Counted from the first letter of the whole stretch, positions 1-13,888 are shown. The stretch is 62,665 bases of DNA, filler included, from Chiloscyllium plagiosum (GCF_004010195.1; 4 parts of one record of this genome joined end to end with filler, not necessarily neighbours in it), one strand, 5' to 3'. A program made the numbers and translations. The notes: generated by a model not told the origin, from the letters alone.

Positions 1-1366
1 TGTGTGTGTGAGAAAGAGAGAGAGAGAGAGAGAGAGAATCGCATGGCAAGATACTAGTACATGGAGAGGAGCAACTATTCCAAGCACTAAGACCCCACTA
101 ATTCTCACTACCACTCACCTTTGTCTAACACATAGGGGAATTCATTTTTTCCAACTATTAAAGTCGATTGATCATACACTATATCCTTATCTGAAACATC
201 CTGATGGCTGTGTTTCTTCCCCATATTAAAGCGGCCATGTCTCTCTGATGGCAGAAGGGAATGGAAAGATTTAACTTGAACCTCATCTTCAGTCATTGAG
301 TCGTCGAATTTTAGGAACTACTCAGTGGCAACAGAAGCAGAGTTTGGAGAGACAATAAATGAATTACATTGATCTTTGTCATTTTCCGCTTCTCACTGAA
401 GAATTCAGAAGTTGATCTTGAAGTTAAGAGGTGAGATAGAATCCTTGAATTAATTATCTGCTCAAGAAGCAGAGTTGTGTTAGAATTATTGATTCAACAT
501 AACTTTTGTATTGAATCACACATCGTTTAAGTTTCCTTATGCACAACCACCGATCCACGGGAAACACAATGAAGTTTGATTGAATAGCTTAAGATAACGA
601 CTGAATAAAGGATTCTTGTAATAAATCAGTGAAAGACATGGGACTATTTGACTCACATATCCTTTGGGAAGGGAAGGAGTGCTAACGTGGAAACAGATTT
701 GATTCATTCGAATAATCTAACTGAAGAGACACATTTCCCCATTTAAGTCATGAGATAAGCGGAAGGACAAAACATCATTTTTGGTTAAAGAATTCACCTT
801 TCTCACCAGGTTATGAAGGCACACTGTCACTGCGGCTCGAGCCGTCGGCTGCTGTTTGCACCATCTCTTCAGTGGAGCTATTTCTCTTAGCATGGTGGGA
901 GTTCCTGCTTTTCTCTGAGAATAGTGAGGAAGGGCTGTCTTGTTTACTGCTGCCGCCACTGCCGCTAAAGAAATGTCAAGAATCAACACAAGATGCATAG
1001 TTTCTGAACTCAATAACAGGTTCTCAGTATGTTTGCTTTGCACGTGTCTCCTTCTGTATCTCTCCAGCATAGTTTTCTTCGATCTCCTGCATTCCAAACT
1101 CCTCCTTGAATTCATTTGTTATTTGCTTCAATTGTACCTAATGAGGTAAGTTTTACATTCTAACCGTTTTCTGGGTAAATACTTTGACCCGTCCCCGCTG
1201 CAAGTTCCTTGTTGGATCCAATAGTGACAACAATTATATCCACAAATTCAGCGGGTTCTGAAATTCAGAAGCAGAAAGACCTTTTCTATATCTTTAATGG
1301 TCTCGACCATGTCACTCGTTTTCAACGAGACACGTCTGTCCAATCTTGCTTGATGGATTCAAATTC
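1..1366. repeat. Duplicated block A, copy 1 (near-identical to 12521-13888)
   Basis: Collinear sequence with scattered substitutions; ORF-track peptides 2..229 / 12520..12753 and 108..296 / 12632..12820 are nearly identical; ends at the N-gap. Confidence 0.95.
119..1257 (-). pseudogene. Two putative pseudo-exons (798-1257, 119-416) of an unidentified gene, duplicate copy
   Basis: Minus-strand acceptors (ttctgaatttcag, ttaacttcaag) and donors (AAG|gtgaat, AAG|gtgagt); in-frame stops. Confidence 0.3.
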
Positions 1367-1866
1367 NNNNNNNNNNNNNNNNNNNNNNNNNNNNNNNNNN
1401 NNNNNNNNNNNNNNNNNNNNNNNNNNNNNNNNNNNNNNNNNNNNNNNNNNNNNNNNNNNNNNNNNNNNNNNNNNNNNNNNNNNNNNNNNNNNNNNNNNNN
1501 NNNNNNNNNNNNNNNNNNNNNNNNNNNNNNNNNNNNNNNNNNNNNNNNNNNNNNNNNNNNNNNNNNNNNNNNNNNNNNNNNNNNNNNNNNNNNNNNNNNN
1601 NNNNNNNNNNNNNNNNNNNNNNNNNNNNNNNNNNNNNNNNNNNNNNNNNNNNNNNNNNNNNNNNNNNNNNNNNNNNNNNNNNNNNNNNNNNNNNNNNNNN
1701 NNNNNNNNNNNNNNNNNNNNNNNNNNNNNNNNNNNNNNNNNNNNNNNNNNNNNNNNNNNNNNNNNNNNNNNNNNNNNNNNNNNNNNNNNNNNNNNNNNNN
1801 NNNNNNNNNNNNNNNNNNNNNNNNNNNNNNNNNNNNNNNNNNNNNNNNNNNNNNNNNNNNNNNNNN

Positions 1867-4800
1867 AGAGAGCCGGATATGAAAGAGAGTGAGAGCGAAG
1901 GAAAGAAGAGGCGAGGTGAGAAAGACAGAGAGAGTCCGCGAGAGAGAGGATGGATGAGAGCTAGAGAGAAGGAGTGAGCGAAATAGAGGGGTGGAGCGAG
2001 TTAGACAGAGATGAGAGAGAGGGAGAAAGAGAGACAGAGAGAGGGAATGAGCACGAGAGAGATAATGTGACGAGCGAGAGAGTGATCGAGATAGAGTGGG
2101 TGAGACAGAGCGTGTGTGTGTGTGTGTGAGTGAGAGAGTGGGTGAGAGAAAGGGGTGTGCGAGAGAGAGACAGCAAGAGAGGGGGCAAGACAGAGCTAAA
2201 AAGAGGGGGCAAGTGAGCGAGATAGGCGGAGCGAGAGAGGGGTATGCGAGTAAGGGAGAGAAAAGTGAGTGGGTGAAAAAGGGGGCAAACAAGAAAGAAA
2301 GAGTTAGAGAGCGAGAGAGAGAAGGAATGTGGAGAGCGAGAGAGAGAAAAGTGGCAGGCGAGAGAGTAGGTGACAGATGGGGTGAGAATGTGAGAGAGAG
2401 AGTGGTGGCGAGAGAGAGCTAGAGACAGGGGGCATGCGAGAGAAATGGGTGAAGTGTGAGAGAGAAAGGGAGTATGCGAGCGAGAGAGAGACGAGTGAGA
2501 GGAAGAAAGAGGGGGCAAGCAAGAGAGACAGTTAGGGAGCGAGAGACAGAGATGGAGCGAGAGAGAAAGAGGGAATGTGGCGAGTGAGAGGTAGAAAGTT
2601 GGTAAGCGAAAGATATAGTGGAAGAGTGAGAGGGGGTGAGAGAGATCGCGAGAGAGGCGGCGTGAGTGGGCAAGGGAGGGAAGGAGAGTTGGGGGAGAGA
2701 GAGAGAGGGAGCGAGTGGGAGAGGGAATATGGCGAGTGAGAGAGAAAAAAGTGGCAAGAGAGAGAGAGGGCGAGAGACAGAGTTTAGAGAGAGAGAGTGG
2801 GAGAGAGTGGCCATGAGAGAGCAAGGGAGAGAAATTGCATGAGAGCGAGTGAGGGCGAGACAGTGAGAGAAAGAGAGAGGCGAGAGTGACGACAGTCCAA
2901 GAGAGTGGGGGGAGAGAGAGAGAAGGGTGCGTAAGACATAGAGTGCGAGAGAGACCAAGAGAGTGGGGGGGGGGGGAGAGAGAGAGAGAAGGGTGCGTAA
3001 GACATAGAGCGCGAGAGAGACAGAGATTGTTTTGAGAGAGAATGAGAGGGACTGTGAAGGAGAGAGCGAGAAAGTGTGGGCGTGAGACAGAGAGAGTGGA
3101 GACAGGAGAGAGGGGCGAGAAAGAAAGTGTGCAAGAGTGGGTACGAGAGACAGTGGGTGAAAGTGAGGGGGCAAGTGGGAAGGGAGAAAAGGTGAGCGAG
3201 AGTTATAGAGGGTGTGTGTGAGAGAGAGAGCACTAGCGAGGGAGAGAGAGAAAAGCCAAGCGAGAGAGAGGTAGAGAGATGTGGCAAGCAAGACAGAGAG
3301 AAAGAATTGGCGAGCGAAAGAGAGGAGTCGAGCGAGAGAGAGGGAAAGAGGTGAGCAAGAAAGAGAGTGGGAGAGAAAGAGTGGGTGCAATAGAGAGAGA
3401 GGGCAAGAGATTGAGAGGAGCCGTGAGACCGAGAACAGAATGAGAGAAAGTTGGACACGTGAGAGAAAGAGTGAGATGGACTGAGCAAGAGAGAGAGAGA
3501 TTTGGCGAGCGAGAGAGGGGGTCGAGCGAGCGGGAAAGGATGTGGTGAGCGAGACAGCGAGAGTGTCGAGAGAAAGAGTTGCTGCAAGAGAGAGCAGAGT
3601 GAGAGAGACGGAGTTAGCAAGCGAGAGGGAGTCGAGCGAGAGAGAGAGAGACAGTAGGCAAGATAAACTGTGGGGTGGGAGAGAGAGAGTTGGCGAGGGA
3701 GAGAGGAGTGTCGAGCGAGAGAGAGGAAAAATGGCAGGACGGAGAGAGAGTGAGCAAGACAAAGACTGAGCGTGAGAGAGAGAGAAAGAGGGGATTCGAG
3801 CGAAAAAGAGGGAATGGAGAGACAGAGAGAGAGAGAGAGAGTAGGCAAGAGGAAGTATGAGGTGCAAGAGACAGAGAGGAGCGAGCAAGAGAGCAGGTGC
3901 GAGTGAGAGAGACAGGGGCAAGCAAGAGAGAGAGAGCGGCCGAAAGAGAAATTGGGAAGAGAGAGAGTGTGATAGTGAGGGACGTGAGAGAGAGGAAGAC
4001 AGAGAGAGAGGGCGCGAGCGTGAGTGTTACGGAGTGGACAAGTGTTTGGGGAGTGAGAGAGACAGGGCAAGGTAGAGTAAGGAAGCAAGAGATAGAGGGT
4101 CGGGAGAGAGATAGATTGCAGATGAGAGAGAGCGAGGGAGGGGGCGAGAGGGAGGAGACAGAGAGGAAATGCGTTAGAGAGAGAGTGAGAAAAGGAGAGA
4201 GGGCGAGAGAGAGAGCACGAGAGGCTGCCAGAAAGGAACAGATGGGGCGACAGAGTGAGAGAGCGGGGGAGGGGAGTTTGAGAGAGAGAGAAAGCAAGCT
4301 TGACAGAGAGACAGAGAAGCCGAAAGATAGAATGAGAGAGTGGACACGAGAGATAAAAGGGGAAAGGGGCGAGTGAGAGACAGGGAATGGGGTGGGCATG
4401 GGAGAGGGGGTGAGCGAAAAGTAGGGTGGCAATTGAGAGAGGACAATGAGAGGGAGAGGGGCAAGCGAGAGAGTAAGGAAGAGAGAGAAAGAGGGAGAGA
4501 GAGGGGAGGGAGAGAATGATTGCAGACGAGAGAGAACGGCGGAGCGATAAGCACGAGACAGAGAGAGTGAGACAGAGAGAAGTGTTAAAAAGACAGTGAG
4601 AAAGGAGAGAGGGCGAGAGAGAGAGCGCAAGAGGGTGCTAGAAAGGAAGAGAGGGGGAGACACAGAAAGACAACGAGAGAGAAGGTGCGAGAGCGAGAGA
4701 ACGATAATGAGGGGGCGGGGGAGAGAGAGTGACAGAGAGATATAGAAGGGGCGAGAGATGGAGATAAAGAGAGGAGGGACGAGAGACAGACAGAGTGCGT

Positions 4801-7800
4801 GAGAGCGACAGGGCGAGAGAGGGGGGCGAGAGAGAANNNNNNNNGAGTGTGGGTGAGAGAGAGAGGGTGAGAGTGTGGGTTAGAGAGAGGGACGAGAGAA
4901 GACAGAGTGAGAGAGAGAGAGGGTGAGAGTGTGGAAAAGAGAGGAGGGATGAGAGAGACACAGAGCCAGAGAATGAAGGGTGAGAGAGAGCGACAGAACG
5001 AAGAGAGACAGAGACAGGGTGCGAGAGAGTGGGGGCGAGAGAGATAGAGGGCAAGAGTGGGCTGAAGAGGAAGAGAGGGGTCGGGAGACTCAGAGTGAGA
5101 GGGTGTGCAAGAGACAGAGAGAAGGACTGAGAGGTAGAGGGTGACGGGACAAGACATGGGGCGACAGAGTAAGAGGGGGGAGAGAGAGCGAGCAAGGGAG
5201 AACAGAGTGTGGGGCCAAACGAGACTGTGAGAGAGAGGGTGCGACCGAGAGAGGGAGAGCAAACGAGTGAGAGAGAGAGAGGGAGGGGGACAAACGAGGG
5301 AGGGAGAGCAAACGAGCAAGAGAGAGAGAGAGACAGAGAAAGAAGGCAAGGGGGATGCGGTGAGAGACAGAGAGAGAGCAGGGGTGAGCGAAAAAGAGAG
5401 AGAGGTGGCAACGACAGCAAGAGATGAGTTGTGTGAAAGAGGGGGTGCAAGAAAGAGAGCGAGAGAGCCAGGGTGGGCGAGAGGGAGAGAGAAGGACAGA
5501 CGTAAGGAGAGGAAGAGAAAGGGTGTGTGCATGAGAGAGAGGGAGGGTGTGAGAGAGGGACAGAAGGAGAGAGAAGGCAAGCGAGAGAGAGAATGAAAAA
5601 CAGAGAGTAAGGGGTGAGCGAGGGGGCGAGAGAGCGAGAGAAAGGTAAGTGAGAGAGAGAGGAGAGCATGGCGCGACTGAGAGGTAGAGAGAGCAAGCGA
5701 GAGAGGAGATAGAGAATGGGAGTGAGTGAAAGGGGGTGAGAGAGAGTGGGTGAGGCAAGGGAGAGAGAGACCGTGGGACATTGAGAGAGAGAGAACGGGA
5801 GAGAGAGGGCGAGTGCGAGATAGAGCAAAAGAGTCAGCGACAGTGCGTGCGTGAGACCGAGAGCGAGAACGAGAGAGGCAGAAAGTGATAGAGAGAGGGT
5901 GAGAGAGAGAGAGAAGGCAAGAGAGAGAGAGATAGCGGGACGTGAGAGAGAAAGAGGCACGATGATAAAGATAGCGAGAGGGGATGGCGATAGAGAGAGA
6001 AGGTGTAGGCGAGCGCACGATAGAGAGGGGTGAGCGACAGAGAGAGATGAGGCAAGCGAGAGAGGCAGGGTCAAGCGAGAGACAGAAAGAGAGAAAGGGG
6101 GAGGGAAAGGGGAGAGAGAGATGGAGAGAAAGGTTGAGAGAGACAGAGACAGAGAGAATAGACAAGTGTAAGAGAGAGGGGTTCGAGTGAGAAAAAGAAA
6201 GGGAGTTGAGAGAGGGGGAGATCGAGGAGGCGAGGAAGTGAGAGAGGGAGAGAGAGAAAGGGTGTACGAGAGAGTGACAGCATGCGAGAGAGAGCGTTCA
6301 AGAAAGGGTGGAGGCAAGAGACATACAAAGAAAGAGGAAGAGTGAGAGCGAGAGAGAGTGAGAGCAAGACAGAGAGAGAGAGGGAGAGAGATAAGGTGAG
6401 AGGGGGAGAGAGAGGGCGGGAAAGAGGTAGCGAGAGAGTGACAGGATGACAGAGAGAGTGGGGGCGAGATTGAGAAGGAACGCGAGAGTGAGAGAGTGCA
6501 AGAGACAGATAGAGGTGACGAGAGAGAAGGCAAGACCGAGATAGCATGCGAGAGACGGTGCGAGAAAGAGGGCAAGAGTGAGAGAGAGAGGGGGCGAGAG
6601 CGAGATAGAGCAGGAGAGTGTGCGAGAGCGAGAGCGAGAGTGAAAGCGAGACCAAGACCAAGAGTGAGAGAGGGGGCGAATGAGAAATGGAGAGGATTTG
6701 AGAGACAGAGAGAGAGAGAGAAAGAGAGTGGAGGCAAGAGAGGGGGAAAGAGAGAGAAAGCGGGGCGTGAGAGAGAAAGAGAGCACGGAGAGAGATCGAC
6801 AGAAGGGCGTGGGGAGAGAGAGAGGAGGCCAGCGAGAGGGAGTGGGTGCACAAGAGAGAGAGATGAGACAAGCGAGGGAGAGAGAAAGGGAGAGAAGGGA
6901 TGGGCGAGAGAGAATGGGCTAGAAGGAGAGATGAATAGAAATGGCGTGAGAGAGAGGCAGAGAGGGAGTCGGAAAGTGTGGGAGAAAGAGGGGTGAACGG
7001 GAGAAAGAGGGGTGAACGGGTTAGAGGGAGCGTTGAGTGAGGAAAAGAGACTGGGGGCGAATTAGAGAGATGGGGCCGTCGAGAGAGAGAGAGGGATGAG
7101 AAACTGAGAGAGAGAGAGAGTGGTAGAGAAATCGTGTAAGAGAGAGATATGGGATGTGAGAGAGAGAGACAGTGCTCAAGAGAGACAGAGAGAGACAGCG
7201 TGAGAGAGAGAGACAACGTGAGAGTGCGAGCGTATTGGCGAGTGAGAGAGAGATAGACAGCAAGTCTGAGAGTGAGAGCGAGAGATAGAGACAGAGCGAG
7301 ACCAAGACAGAGAGCAAGACAAAATGTGTCCAACAGAGAGAAAGAGAGAGATAGAGGGTGACAGAGAAAGGGGGCGATAGAGAGAGGGGGCACAAGAGAG
7401 GTAGCGAGAAAGGCAGAATGAGTGAGAGAAAGACAGTGGCAAGTGAGTCGACGAGAGAGACAGAGAAGGGCCAAGAAAGCGGGCGAGAAAGAGAGAAATG
7501 GGTGGAGAGGGGGTGCGAGACAGAGTGAGTGTTGGCAAGAGAGTAGGCGAGAGACCAGTAGAGAGATTGAGATAGAGAGGGCGCGAGTGAGAGAGGGAAT
7601 GCGAGAGGGTGCAACAGAGAGATACAGGGAATGAGAGAGGGGGCAAGAGAGGTAGAGAGAGAGGGGCGAGAGAGAGAGGGTTGAGAGAGGGAGAGTTGGC
7701 AGGAGCGCGAGCGAGGGAGAGAGAGAGTGAGAGGGAGAGAGGGGCGAGAAAGAGTGAGAGATGACAAGAAAGTGGGCAATAAGACAAAGAGAGATGGAGC

Positions 7801-9828
7801 AAGTGAGAGATGGGTTGAGCGAGAAAGAGAGAGAGACTAGAGAGAGGGAGAGCGCGAGATGGAGAGAAAGTGTGCGAGAGAGAGCGACAGAGAGAGAGAT
7901 GGTAAACAAGTGTGTGAGAGAGAGGGCGCGAGCAGGAGAGCGGAAGGAGGTCGAGTGATATATACAGAGAGGGAGGTAGTGAGAGAGAGAGGGGTGAGAA
8001 ACTGAGAGAGGGAGAGAGAGAGAAGGTTTAAGAGAGAGGGGTGTGATACAGGGAGAGAGAAAGGGAGAGAGAGACCGAGTGTGAGAGCGAGAGCTAGAGA
8101 GGGAAAGAGAGACAGAGAGAAAGCGAGACAAAGCGAGCGAGACATGGTGTCCAAACAGAAAGTGAGGGGTAGAGAGAGGAGGCAAGAGAGAAAGAGAGAG
8201 AATAAAGCACGAGGGAGAAAGAGAGAGAGGGCCAGAGAGAGAGAGAGAGGTAGCGAGCAACAGAGATTTAGAAGGGTCGAACGAAAGAGCAAGAGAGGCT
8301 CAAGAAAGAGAGAGAGAGAGACCGGGACGAGAGAGAGAAGGAGAGAGAGAAAGTGTCCGAGAGAGAGAAGGAAGACGAGAGAGAGATTGAGACAGAAACA
8401 GAGAGGAGGCAAGCAACAGAGTGATAGAGGGATCGAGTGAGGGAGACAGAGTCATGGGGGAGAGCGAGAGAGAGAGAGAAAGGGTACAGGCGACCGGAGT
8501 GAGAAAGAGAATGAAGAAGGGAAGATCGAGAGAGGGTGTGAGAGAGCGAGAGACATTCAGAGAGAGAAGAGACCGAGAGAAAATGAGGGAGGCCAGAGAG
8601 AGGGGTGCGAGAGATGGTGCAAAAGAGAGATAGAGCAAGAGAGAGAGACGGAAGCGAGAAAGACAATGAGGGAGGCACGAGAAAGACAGGGTACGAGAGA
8701 TGGTGCGAGAGAGAGAGGGTGGGAGAGATGGTGTGAAAGAGAGAGAGCGAACGTGAGAGCAAGTTAGAGCGAGAGAGCGGGCAAGTGAGCAAGAGCGAGA
8801 CTAAGGTCAAGAACGGCAGAAAGCGGGCAAGTGACAGAGATCGAGACAGAGACAGAAACGGAGAGTGCAAGAGACAGAGAGAGAGATGAGGTGAGGGAGA
8901 AAAACACAGCGGGGTGCGAGAGAAAGGGGTGGCAAGAGGTAGAGCAGAGGCGAATGAGCGAGAGAGGAGAAGATCCAGAGAGAAAGAGAAAAATGAGGTA
9001 AACGAGAGAGAGTGGGTCGAGTGAAAGAGAGCGAAAGATAGAGTGTGAGCGAGAGAGAGGGGAGAGAGACTGATGGAGAGAAAGGGCGTGCACGAGAGAG
9101 AGAGAGACAGAGAGAGTAGGCAAGTCTGAGAGAGAGGTTTGAGCGAGAGGGGGCAATTAAGAGAGAGAGGTAACAAGAAATTGAGAGAAGGAGAGAGAGC
9201 AAGGGTGTAAGGGAGAATGGACGAGAGAGAGGGAGAGAGAGGGTGAAAGAGAGAGTGGGGGCAACGGGGGAGACATAGAAATGGGACACAAAAGTGAGAG
9301 ATGGGGCGAGTGAAAGAGTGGGGTTTGAGAGTGAGACAGAGATGGCAGAGAAAGAGAGAAAAAGATAGTGAGGACGTGTGAGAGAGGGAGAGAGAGAGAG
9401 AGAGTTATTCTATATATAAACCGTCCTGAATCATTTGGTTAGATTCCAGTCTGGAACTAAGAACATAGGAACTAGGAGCAGGAGTAGGCCATCTGGCTCC
9501 TAGAGCCTGCTCCATCATGCAATAAGATCATGGCTGAGTGAGGGGGAGATAGAGGGGTGAGAGAGAAGGCGGAAGAAAGAGAGAGAGGACGAGAGAGAGA
9601 GAGAGGGGGAGTGCGAGAGAGAGTGAGAGAGAGTGAGAGGGCTAGAGGAAGAGCGAGAGTGAGAGGGGGGCAGGACATAGAGATTTGCCTATATACAAAC
9701 TGTTCTTGTCCGATTCGAGAGAGAGAGATTGAGAGAGAGAAAGAGAGAATGAGGGCGAGAGTGAGATAGAATGGGAGAGTGGCTGAGAGAGCGAGAACGA
9801 GACCAAGACCAAGAGCGGCAGAGAGGGG

Positions 9829-9878
<50 letters not shown>

Positions 9879-12560
9879 GGGAAGAGAGAGTGTGTGAGAG
9901 AGATGGTGTGAGAGCGAGTGGGGCGAGAGAGAGGACGAGAAAGAGAGGGCGAGAGAGAGAGGGGGTGACAGAGCAAGGGCAACAGAGAGAGGGGACGACA
10001 GGGGTAGAGACAGAAATGGGACTAGAAAGTGAGAGATGTGGCAAGTGACAGAGACGGGTCTGAGAGTGTGCGAGGGGGCGAGAGACAGAGGGTGGGAGAG
10101 ATGGCACGCGAGAGAGAGTGAGAGATTGAGAGAGAGAGCGAGGGCATGAGCGAGATAGAGTGGGACAGTGGGCGTAAAACCGAGAGTGAGACTGAGACCA
10201 AGAATGGCAGAGAGGGTGTGAGAAACTGTGTGTGAGAGAGAGAGTGGTGGTGTGCTAGAGAGAGGGGATGAGATGGAGAGATAGAGGGGTAGGCAAGAGA
10301 GCACGCAGGTGTGAGAGACTGAGAGAGAGGGGTGAGGGAGAGATGGAGGGAGAGGGGAGAGAAAGTGAGGAAGGCAAGAGCGAGGATGGGTGGAAGAGAC
10401 GGTGCGAGAGAGCAAGAGAGCGGGTGCAAGAGAGCAAGAAGAGTGTGGGTTCAATAGGCAGTGCAAGACAGAAAGTGCGAGAGTGAGAGTGAAAGAGAGA
10501 GAATGAGCGAGAGAGAGAGAGACAGAGAAAGAGACAGAGAGAGAGAAAGAGAGATAGAGAGACCAGGGGCCGAGAGACAGAGAGAAGGAGTAAGAGAGTG
10601 AGAGAATGACCGGTTGGGAGGGGTGGTATAACGAGACAGAGTGGGGGAATGAGAGGGGACGCGAGAGAGCGAGAGAAGGGAGAGGGAGAGAAAGTGAGTG
10701 TAAGAGAGAGAGACGAGGCGAGGGAGAGAGAGAGAGAGAGTGGGGCGCGAGAGATATAGAGGGAGGATGGCAAGAGGGATAGCAGAGGCGAATGAGAGAG
10801 AGAGAGGGGCGTGATCGAGACAGAGAGAGAAAGAGAGAGATGAGGCAATTGAGAGGGAGAGAGGGTCGAGTGAAAGAGAGATACCGAGATAGGGTGAGAG
10901 GGAGACAGAGTGAGACAGACAGATGGAGAGAAAGGGCGTGAGAGAGACAGAGAGTGTAGGCAAGTGTGAGAGAGAGGACGAGTGAACGAGAGAGGGGGGA
11001 AATCAAGAGACAGAGGTGGCTAGAAAGTTAGAGAGAGGGAGAGAGAGAGAGCAAGGGTGTAGGAGAGAGAGGGAGGGAGACAGGGTACACGCCAGAGATA
11101 CTGCAAAGTTGCAAAAGAGTGGGAGCGAGAGAGAGGGTGACAGAGAGAGAGATAAGGGGGCCTGAGAGATCAAAAAAGAGAGTGCGTGTGAGAGAGAGAG
11201 CGAGAGAAAGAGAGAGAGAGAGAGAGAAAGGGAGAGGGGGACAAGGAAGTGAGAGAATGACCCGAAACATAAACAGTCCTGAATCCATTGGTTAGATTCG
11301 AGTCTGTAACTGAGATCATAGGAACTAGGAGCAGAGGGAGGTCGTTTGGGTCCTGAAGCCTGCTCCACTATGCAATATGATCATGGCTGAGTGAAGAAGA
11401 GAGAGAGAGTCGGGGGGGGGGGGGGGGGGCGGCGGTAAGAGAGAGAGGGAGCCGGGAGANNNNNNNNNNNNNNNGGCGGGGAGAAGAAGAGAGAGAGAGG
11501 GGGGGGGGGGGGGGGAGAGAGAGAGAGAGAGCCGAGAGACAGGGAGAAGGAGTAAGAGAGAGAGAGGGTGACCAGGTGACAGAGGGGGCGAGCGAGAGGA
11601 AGATGGGGACTGTGAGAGGGCGCGAGAGAGCGAGAGGAGGTAGAGAGAAGGGGAGGAGATTATGGGGGCTATAGAGTGAGAGAGAGAGATTTAAAGAGAC
11701 AGAGGGCGAGAGAGAGACGGCAAGAGAGAGGGTGAGAGAGAGACGGCAAGAGAGAGAGAGGCTTGCGCTATATATAAACCGTCCTGAATTCTTTGATTAG
11801 ATTCCAATCTGTAAATAAGATCATAGGAGATAGGAACATGAGTAGGCCATCTGGCTCCTGCAGTCTGCTCCTCCATGCAATAAGATCATGGCTGAGTGAG
11901 GGATAGAGAGAGAGGGCGAGAGAGAGAGAGAAAGCGAGAGAGAGAATTAATCGATATAAAAACCATCCTGAAACCATTGATTAGATTCCAGTCTGTAACT
12001 AAGAGCATAGGAACTAGGAGCAGGAGTTGGCCATCTGGCTCCTGGAGCATTCTCCACCATGCAACAAGATCATGGTTGAGAGCGGGGAGAGAGAGAGGGT
12101 AAGAGAGAGAGTGTGTAAGAGAGGGAGAGGGAGAGAGAGGTAGGGCGACAGAGAGAGAGGGAGAAGGAAAAAGAGAGTGTCTGAGAGAGGCGGCGAGTGA
12201 CAGAGAGAGAGAGAGAGAATTAATGTATAAAAAAACGCCTGGAATCCTTTGGTTAGATTCCAGTCTGTAACTAATAACGTAGGAACTAGGAGCAGGAGTA
12301 GTCAATCTGGATCCTGGAGCCGAGAGAGAGAGAGAGAGAGAATTAATGTATATATAAAGCGCCTGGAATCCTTTGGTTAGATTCCAGTCTGTAACTAATA
12401 ACGTCGGAACTAGGAGCAGGAGTAGTCAATCTGGATCCTGGAGCCTGCTCTAACATGCAATAAGATCATGGCGAAGTGACGGAGAGAGAGAGAGAGCGAT
12501 AGAGAGAGAGTGCGAGAGGATGTGTGTGTGTGTGTGTGAAAGAGAGAGAGAGAGAGAGAG
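1867..12560 (+). repeat. ~10.7-kb degenerate (GA)n-derived polypurine tract with internal higher-order repeats
   Basis: + strand overwhelmingly G/A; recurring multi-unit motifs, e.g. gagaccaagaccaagag near 6650 and 9800, and similar blocks at ~8900-9250 and ~10770-11080. Confidence 0.97.
9408..12478 (-). mobile_element. About six copies of a ~130-bp module containing a CR1 LINE 3' tail, embedded in the GA tract (~9408, 11268, 11768, 11953, 12224 partial, 12346)
   Basis: Repeated ttagattccagtctgtaactaagatcataggaactaggagcaggagtaggccatctggctcc...gcctgctcc...gcaataagatcatggctga; the second half resembles the reverse complement of a CR1 3' end. Confidence 0.7.
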
Positions 12561-13888
12561 AATCGCATGGCAAGATACTAGTACATGGAGAGGAGCAACT
12601 ATTCCAAGCACTAAGACCCCACTAATTCTCACTACCACTCACCTTTGTCTAACACATAGGGGAATTCATTTTTTCCAACTATTAAAGTCGATTGATCATA
12701 CACTATGTCCTTATCTGAAACATCCTGCTGGCTGCGTTTCTTCCCCATATTAAAGCGGCGATGTCTCTCTGATGGCAGAAGGTAATGGAAAGATTTAACT
12801 TCAATCTCATCTTCAGTCATTGAGTCGTCGAAATTTAGGAACTACTCAGTGGCAACAGAAGCAGAGTTTGGAGAGACAATAAATGAATTACATTGTTCTT
12901 TGTCATTTTCCGTTTCTCACTGAAGAATTCAGAAGTTGATCTTGAAGTTAAGAGGTGAGATAGAATCCTTGGATTAATTATCTGCTCAAGAAGCAGAGTT
13001 GTGTTAGAATTATTGATTCTACATAACTTTTGTATTGAATCACACATCATTTAAGTTTCCTTATGCACAACTACCGATCCAGGGAAACACAAAGAAGTTT
13101 GATTGAATAGCTTAAGATAACGACTGAATAAAGCATTCTTGTAATAAATCAGTGAAAGACATGGGACTATTTGACCCACATATCCTTTGGGAAGGGAAGG
13201 AGTGCTAACGTGGAAACAGATTTGATTGATTCGAATAATCTAACTGAAGAGACAAATTTCCCCATTTAATTAATGAGATAAGCGGAAGGACAAAAAATCA
13301 TTTTTGGTTAAAGAATTCACCTTTCTCACCAGGTTATGAACGCACACTGTCACTGCGGCTCGAGTCGTCGGCTGCTGTTTGCACCATCACTTCAGTGGAA
13401 CTATTTCTCTTAGCATGGTGGGAGTTCCTGCTTTTCTCTGAGAACAGTGAGGATGGGCTGTCTTGTTTACTGCTGCCGCCACTGCCGCTAAAGAAATGTC
13501 AAGAATCAACACAGATGCATAGTTTCTGAACTCAATAACAGGTTCTCAGTATGTTTGATTTGCACGTGTCTCCTTCTGTATCTCTCTAGCATAGTTTTCT
13601 TCGATCTCCTGCATTCCAAACTCCTCCTGGAATTCATTTGTTATGTGCTTCAATTGTTCCTAATGAGGTAAGTTTTACATTCTAACCCCTTTCTGGGTAA
13701 ATACTTTGACCCGTCCCCGCTGCAAATTCCTTGTTGGATCCAATAGTGACTACAATTATATCCACAAATTCAGCGGGTTCTGAAATTCAGAAGCAGAAAG
13801 ACCTTTTCTATATCTTTAATGGCCTCGACCATGTCACTCGTTTTCAACGAGACAAGTCTGTCCAATCTTGCTTGATGGATTCAAATTC
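12521..13888. repeat. Duplicated block A, copy 2
   Basis: Collinear with 1-1366. Confidence 0.95.

Noticed and set aside
1209..1892. ORFs containing X runs (also ~15.2, 28.3, 29.3 and 58.6 kb)
   Set aside because: They read through N gaps
1867..12560. Long Leu/Ser-rich and Glu/Arg-rich ORFs (up to 737 aa)
   Set aside because: By-products of stop-poor (GA/TC)n sequence; open in several overlapping frames
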